A stretch of DNA of 64,000 bases, taken from IMG/VR virus record IMGVR_UViG_3300025174_000005; one strand, given 5' to 3'. A program made the translations under genes and the position numbers. Positions within the stretch are counted from its first letter, which is position 1. Every line of letters begins with the position of its first letter. This document shows positions 61,191 through 64,000 of this stretch, piece by piece. The DNA comes from a virus. The notes beneath the pieces are model-generated. The model searched no databases. It was not told the origin of the DNA and saw nothing but the letters and a program-made list of their open reading frames with translations.

Positions 61191-61613
61191 ATGTCACGTA
61201 AAGTATATTTATCAGGTAGTATTGATAACTTAAGCTACGAAGATGCTATGGACTGGCGTGAGAAAGCCTCTCACGCCTTGGCCAAGTATGGCATATCTAC
61301 ATTCAATCCTCTTCGCGGAATGGATGCAGACAAACCTCGTTCTCTCGAGCCATCTGAGGCAGTAACACGAGATAAACGTGATATGAGAAATTCAGATGCT
61401 ATAATAGTTAATCTCACACACCACACATGCTATAAAGGAACTATGATGGAGATATTATATGCCTGGGAGCATGAGATACCAGTGGTAGTCTTCTATGGTG
61501 ATGCAAAAGAAAACTTAGGATACTGGGTAGAGTATCACTCGACTAAGATAGTAAAAACCATGGAGCAAGCTATGGAGTATATAGCAGAGTACATATTAAG
61601 GATAGATACATGA
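61191..61613 (+). CDS. Nucleoside 2-deoxyribosyltransferase / nucleotide N-hydrolase family
   Basis: VYLSGSI, FNP, RDKRDMRNSDAIIVN, GTMMEILYA. Confidence 0.82.
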   Translation: MSRKVYLSGSIDNLSYEDAMDWREKASHALAKYGISTFNPLRGMDADKPRSLEPSEAVTRDKRDMRNSDAIIVNLTHHTCYKGTMMEILYAWEHEIPVVVFYGDAKENLGYWVEYHSTKIVKTMEQAMEYIAEYILRIDT

Positions 61614-62155
61614 TAAATCAAGCATTGTTTAGTTCCAATAAACTAGATTGGGAAACACCAGATAGTTTATATAGTAAATTAGATTATGAATTTAATTTTT
61701 CTCTTGATGCGGCTGCGGATGAGTCTAACTACAAACACAATAATTACCTAGATGAATCCCTTAATGCGCTTGCAATATCATGGGTAGGATTAATCCCTGG
61801 AAGCTATGGGAATACATTTAATAAATCCGTATATCTTAATCCACCATATGGCAGAAATACGGGAAAATGGGTAGCTAAAGCATATCAAGAATCGCAGACA
61901 GGCAATTTAACAGTGGTATGTCTATTACCTGCGCGGACAGATGTTAAGTGGTTTCAAGAATATATACCCCTAGCAAGTGAGGTTAGATTTATTAAAGGTC
62001 GTGTTAGATTTAAGGGTGCTAAATCAGCAGCACCCTTCCCTAGTATGATAGTAGTATTTAGACCAGCATATAACTTGTTGTGGCGACAAGGACCCGTGTT
62101 TTCTTGTGTAGATTATAAAACAAAGGAGCGAAAGATTGATGGCAATACACAATAA
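61610..62155 (+). CDS. Phage N6-adenine DNA methyltransferase (Dam-type)
   Basis: DWETP, FSLDAAA, YLNPPYG, LLPARTD, IKGRVRF. Confidence 0.9.
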   Translation: MINQALFSSNKLDWETPDSLYSKLDYEFNFSLDAAADESNYKHNNYLDESLNALAISWVGLIPGSYGNTFNKSVYLNPPYGRNTGKWVAKAYQESQTGNLTVVCLLPARTDVKWFQEYIPLASEVRFIKGRVRFKGAKSAAPFPSMIVVFRPAYNLLWRQGPVFSCVDYKTKERKIDGNTQ

Positions 62156-63056
62156 CATATGTGATAAGTGTAATAAAAAAAATCTAGTATCCATACCTAA
62201 AGATATTGATGAGACTAGCACTCAAAACACTATAGATGTAGCTGCTAGAATGAACCAAATAGTTAGGATGTATACTAATAATGGTAATCCTAATATGCGT
62301 AGGGATTATCATACATTATGTACCCCATGCTGGGGTACGGTACAGAAATGGATGGTGTACGGTAAAACATCCTCATTCCCTAGAAACACACCATTTAATG
62401 TATTAAATCAGAAGTGTGGTAGGTGTGGAGCAACTAAACATGCCTATTTTATGCATACTATAGCTAATCTATACAACTATGAAAAAGATCAGTATGTTTT
62501 ATGTAGTAAGTGTATGAAGGGATTCTTATTGTTATTTGGAGATAATGAACAAACAGTAGAGGAGTATCCAGCTTATGCTGAGCTTCCCTATGTTAAACAC
62601 CAGTTTATGACATTATTTCCTGATCAATATCAAGTATTATATGGAGGACAACATGTCTAATGATTTAGATAGTGGATCTCTTAGAGCTATATTAAAAGAG
62701 ATAACAGAGGTGTTTGCCAAGTATGATATAGATTACCTATCGGGTATAGGTATATCAATGACAGTAGCTAGAGCTGGTATGTTGGGTATGGGCATGACAC
62801 CTGATGAGGCAGAGAGCCTCTTAAAAGCCGTAGCTGAAATATATAGAACCACACATACATCCCCTAAGGACATATTGGGCGAACTTGATTGTAATCACGA
62901 CTGTGATAATTGCAGTTCTCATCACGAAGATACAGGCAAAGATGATAACCTATGGTATAAGATAGATGTTAATCTAAACTAAACAACAAATATGCCGCTA
63001 TTACCTAGGTAATCCGCTATTATATTATTTACCAACTAATAAAAGAGGTATTCTTT

Positions 63057-63353
63057 ATGGACGAAATACTAAATAAACGAGATCTAATTAGTGAGATAGC
63101 ATCTAGAGCCCATATACCTAAGGTAGTAACTTCAATAATAATTAATACAATGATAGATTTAATAGTAGAGTCTCTAAGTGATGGCAAGAAGGTAAGATTG
63201 ACAAGTCTAGGGTCATTTTCTACTAAGATCAAACCAGAGCATGCAGCTCTGCATCCTGCAACACAGGAACCAATAGTAGTGCCTGAGCGTAAAACAGTTA
63301 AGTTTACACCCTCTGAGGTATTACGTAATAAACTAAGAGATGAGGACAAGTAA
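63057..63353 (+). CDS. HU/IHF-family DNA-binding protein
   Basis: KRDLISEIA, VRLTSLGSF, HPATQEPIVVPERKTVKFTPS. Confidence 0.9.
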   Translation: MDEILNKRDLISEIASRAHIPKVVTSIIINTMIDLIVESLSDGKKVRLTSLGSFSTKIKPEHAALHPATQEPIVVPERKTVKFTPSEVLRNKLRDEDK

Positions 63354-63423
63354 TTACTTGACTTATCTTACTTAATATGATAATATAATCTTGGTAGCAG
63401 CCAGCGCCATATCATCACCCCTA

Positions 63424-63453
63424 CAAACAAGCCCTGTCAAATGGGCTTGTTTG
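63424..63453 (+). terminator. Hairpin, probable terminator
   Basis: CAAACAAGCCC-N8-GGGCTTGTTTG. Confidence 0.6.
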
Positions 63454-64000
63454 CTTATATAAGAAAGAAAAGGAGCAGGAATACTTAGTAAGTTATGAGC
63501 TATGAAGATAATAAGCCTATTCTAAATAGTAAAATTAAAAGTAAATCAGTAGAAGATAAGGTTCGTCAGCTTATACGTAAGAATGCAAGCATTCTACCTA
63601 AGATACCCTTAAACTCTCTTAAGATAGAGACAGCTTCCTTACGTAAGCATGTAATAGATGATATACTACGTCTATCAAGTAATCCTATGTCTCCGTTTAT
63701 AATAGGAGATTATATAGGGCTACTAACTAGCTTATCTTTCTTAGATATGATAATTAATACCGATATAAGTAAACACACATCCCGAGTACAGGATTATCTT
63801 AAGCTACTTAAAAATAGTGTAATAGAAAAACTAAAAGAAGGGAGTTCTTAATAAATGCCAAGTTTAGATTCAAAGTACTACGCATGTAATCACGACTGGC
63901 AACCCCATGAATACTACCATGAACAAGTTAACTCAAAGTACGAAGGGGCTGGAATGTGCCTAAGACTTAAATCTTTTATATGCCCAGATTGTTTTTCTAC

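Noticed and set aside
688-63349. Most minus-strand ORFs in the track (for example 3586-3927, 8052-8423, 23699-24043, 54738-55148)
   Set aside because: They lie antisense to well-supported + strand genes and lack RBS or motifs. Only 21849-22079 has its own signals.
1-64000. Alternative genetic code (TAG or TGA reassigned), prompted by in-frame tags after stops and the phage release factor
   Set aside because: Long conserved genes are uninterrupted under code 11 and end on all three stops (dnaE TAG, recA TGA, nrdJ TAA). Three of the four in-frame cases follow TAA.

Overview
An AT-rich window (roughly one-third GC by eye) that reads as the early and DNA-metabolism region of a large dsDNA bacteriophage. 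Genes are tightly packed, carry Shine-Dalgarno sites, use standard code 11 and lie almost all on the + strand. I saw no structural genes, integrase, tRNA or CRISPR array, and the host cannot be assigned from this window. Recognisable genes cover replication and recombination (DnaE, UvrD, SSB, RecA, Rad52/Sak, Hjc-like nuclease, HU) and nucleotide metabolism (class II RNR, dUTPase, dNMP kinase, UDG, Dam). Counter-defence and translation-rescue genes include a PRS+NAMPT pair, Pnkp, two RNA ligases, a GGQ release-factor domain, two class II aaRS catalytic cores and peptide deformylase. Proteostasis genes are MoxR+VWA, a second AAA+ ATPase and ClpP. Two things stand out. (1) A complete phage-encoded ubiquitin-like conjugation operon, Ubl-E2-E1-JAB (24768-27411). 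(2) A dispersed family of at least 19 small ORFs with unrelated N-termini that share one C-terminal 12-residue tag, (T/S)-P-x-x-h-x-(R/K)-x-L-L-(G/N/D)-(I/L), plus 7 orphan copies of the tag just behind other genes. Also present are a twice-repeated structured element with compensatory base changes, self-contained mini-cassettes, hidden basic peptides and two recent duplications. All annotations come from motif recognition by eye; no searches were run.
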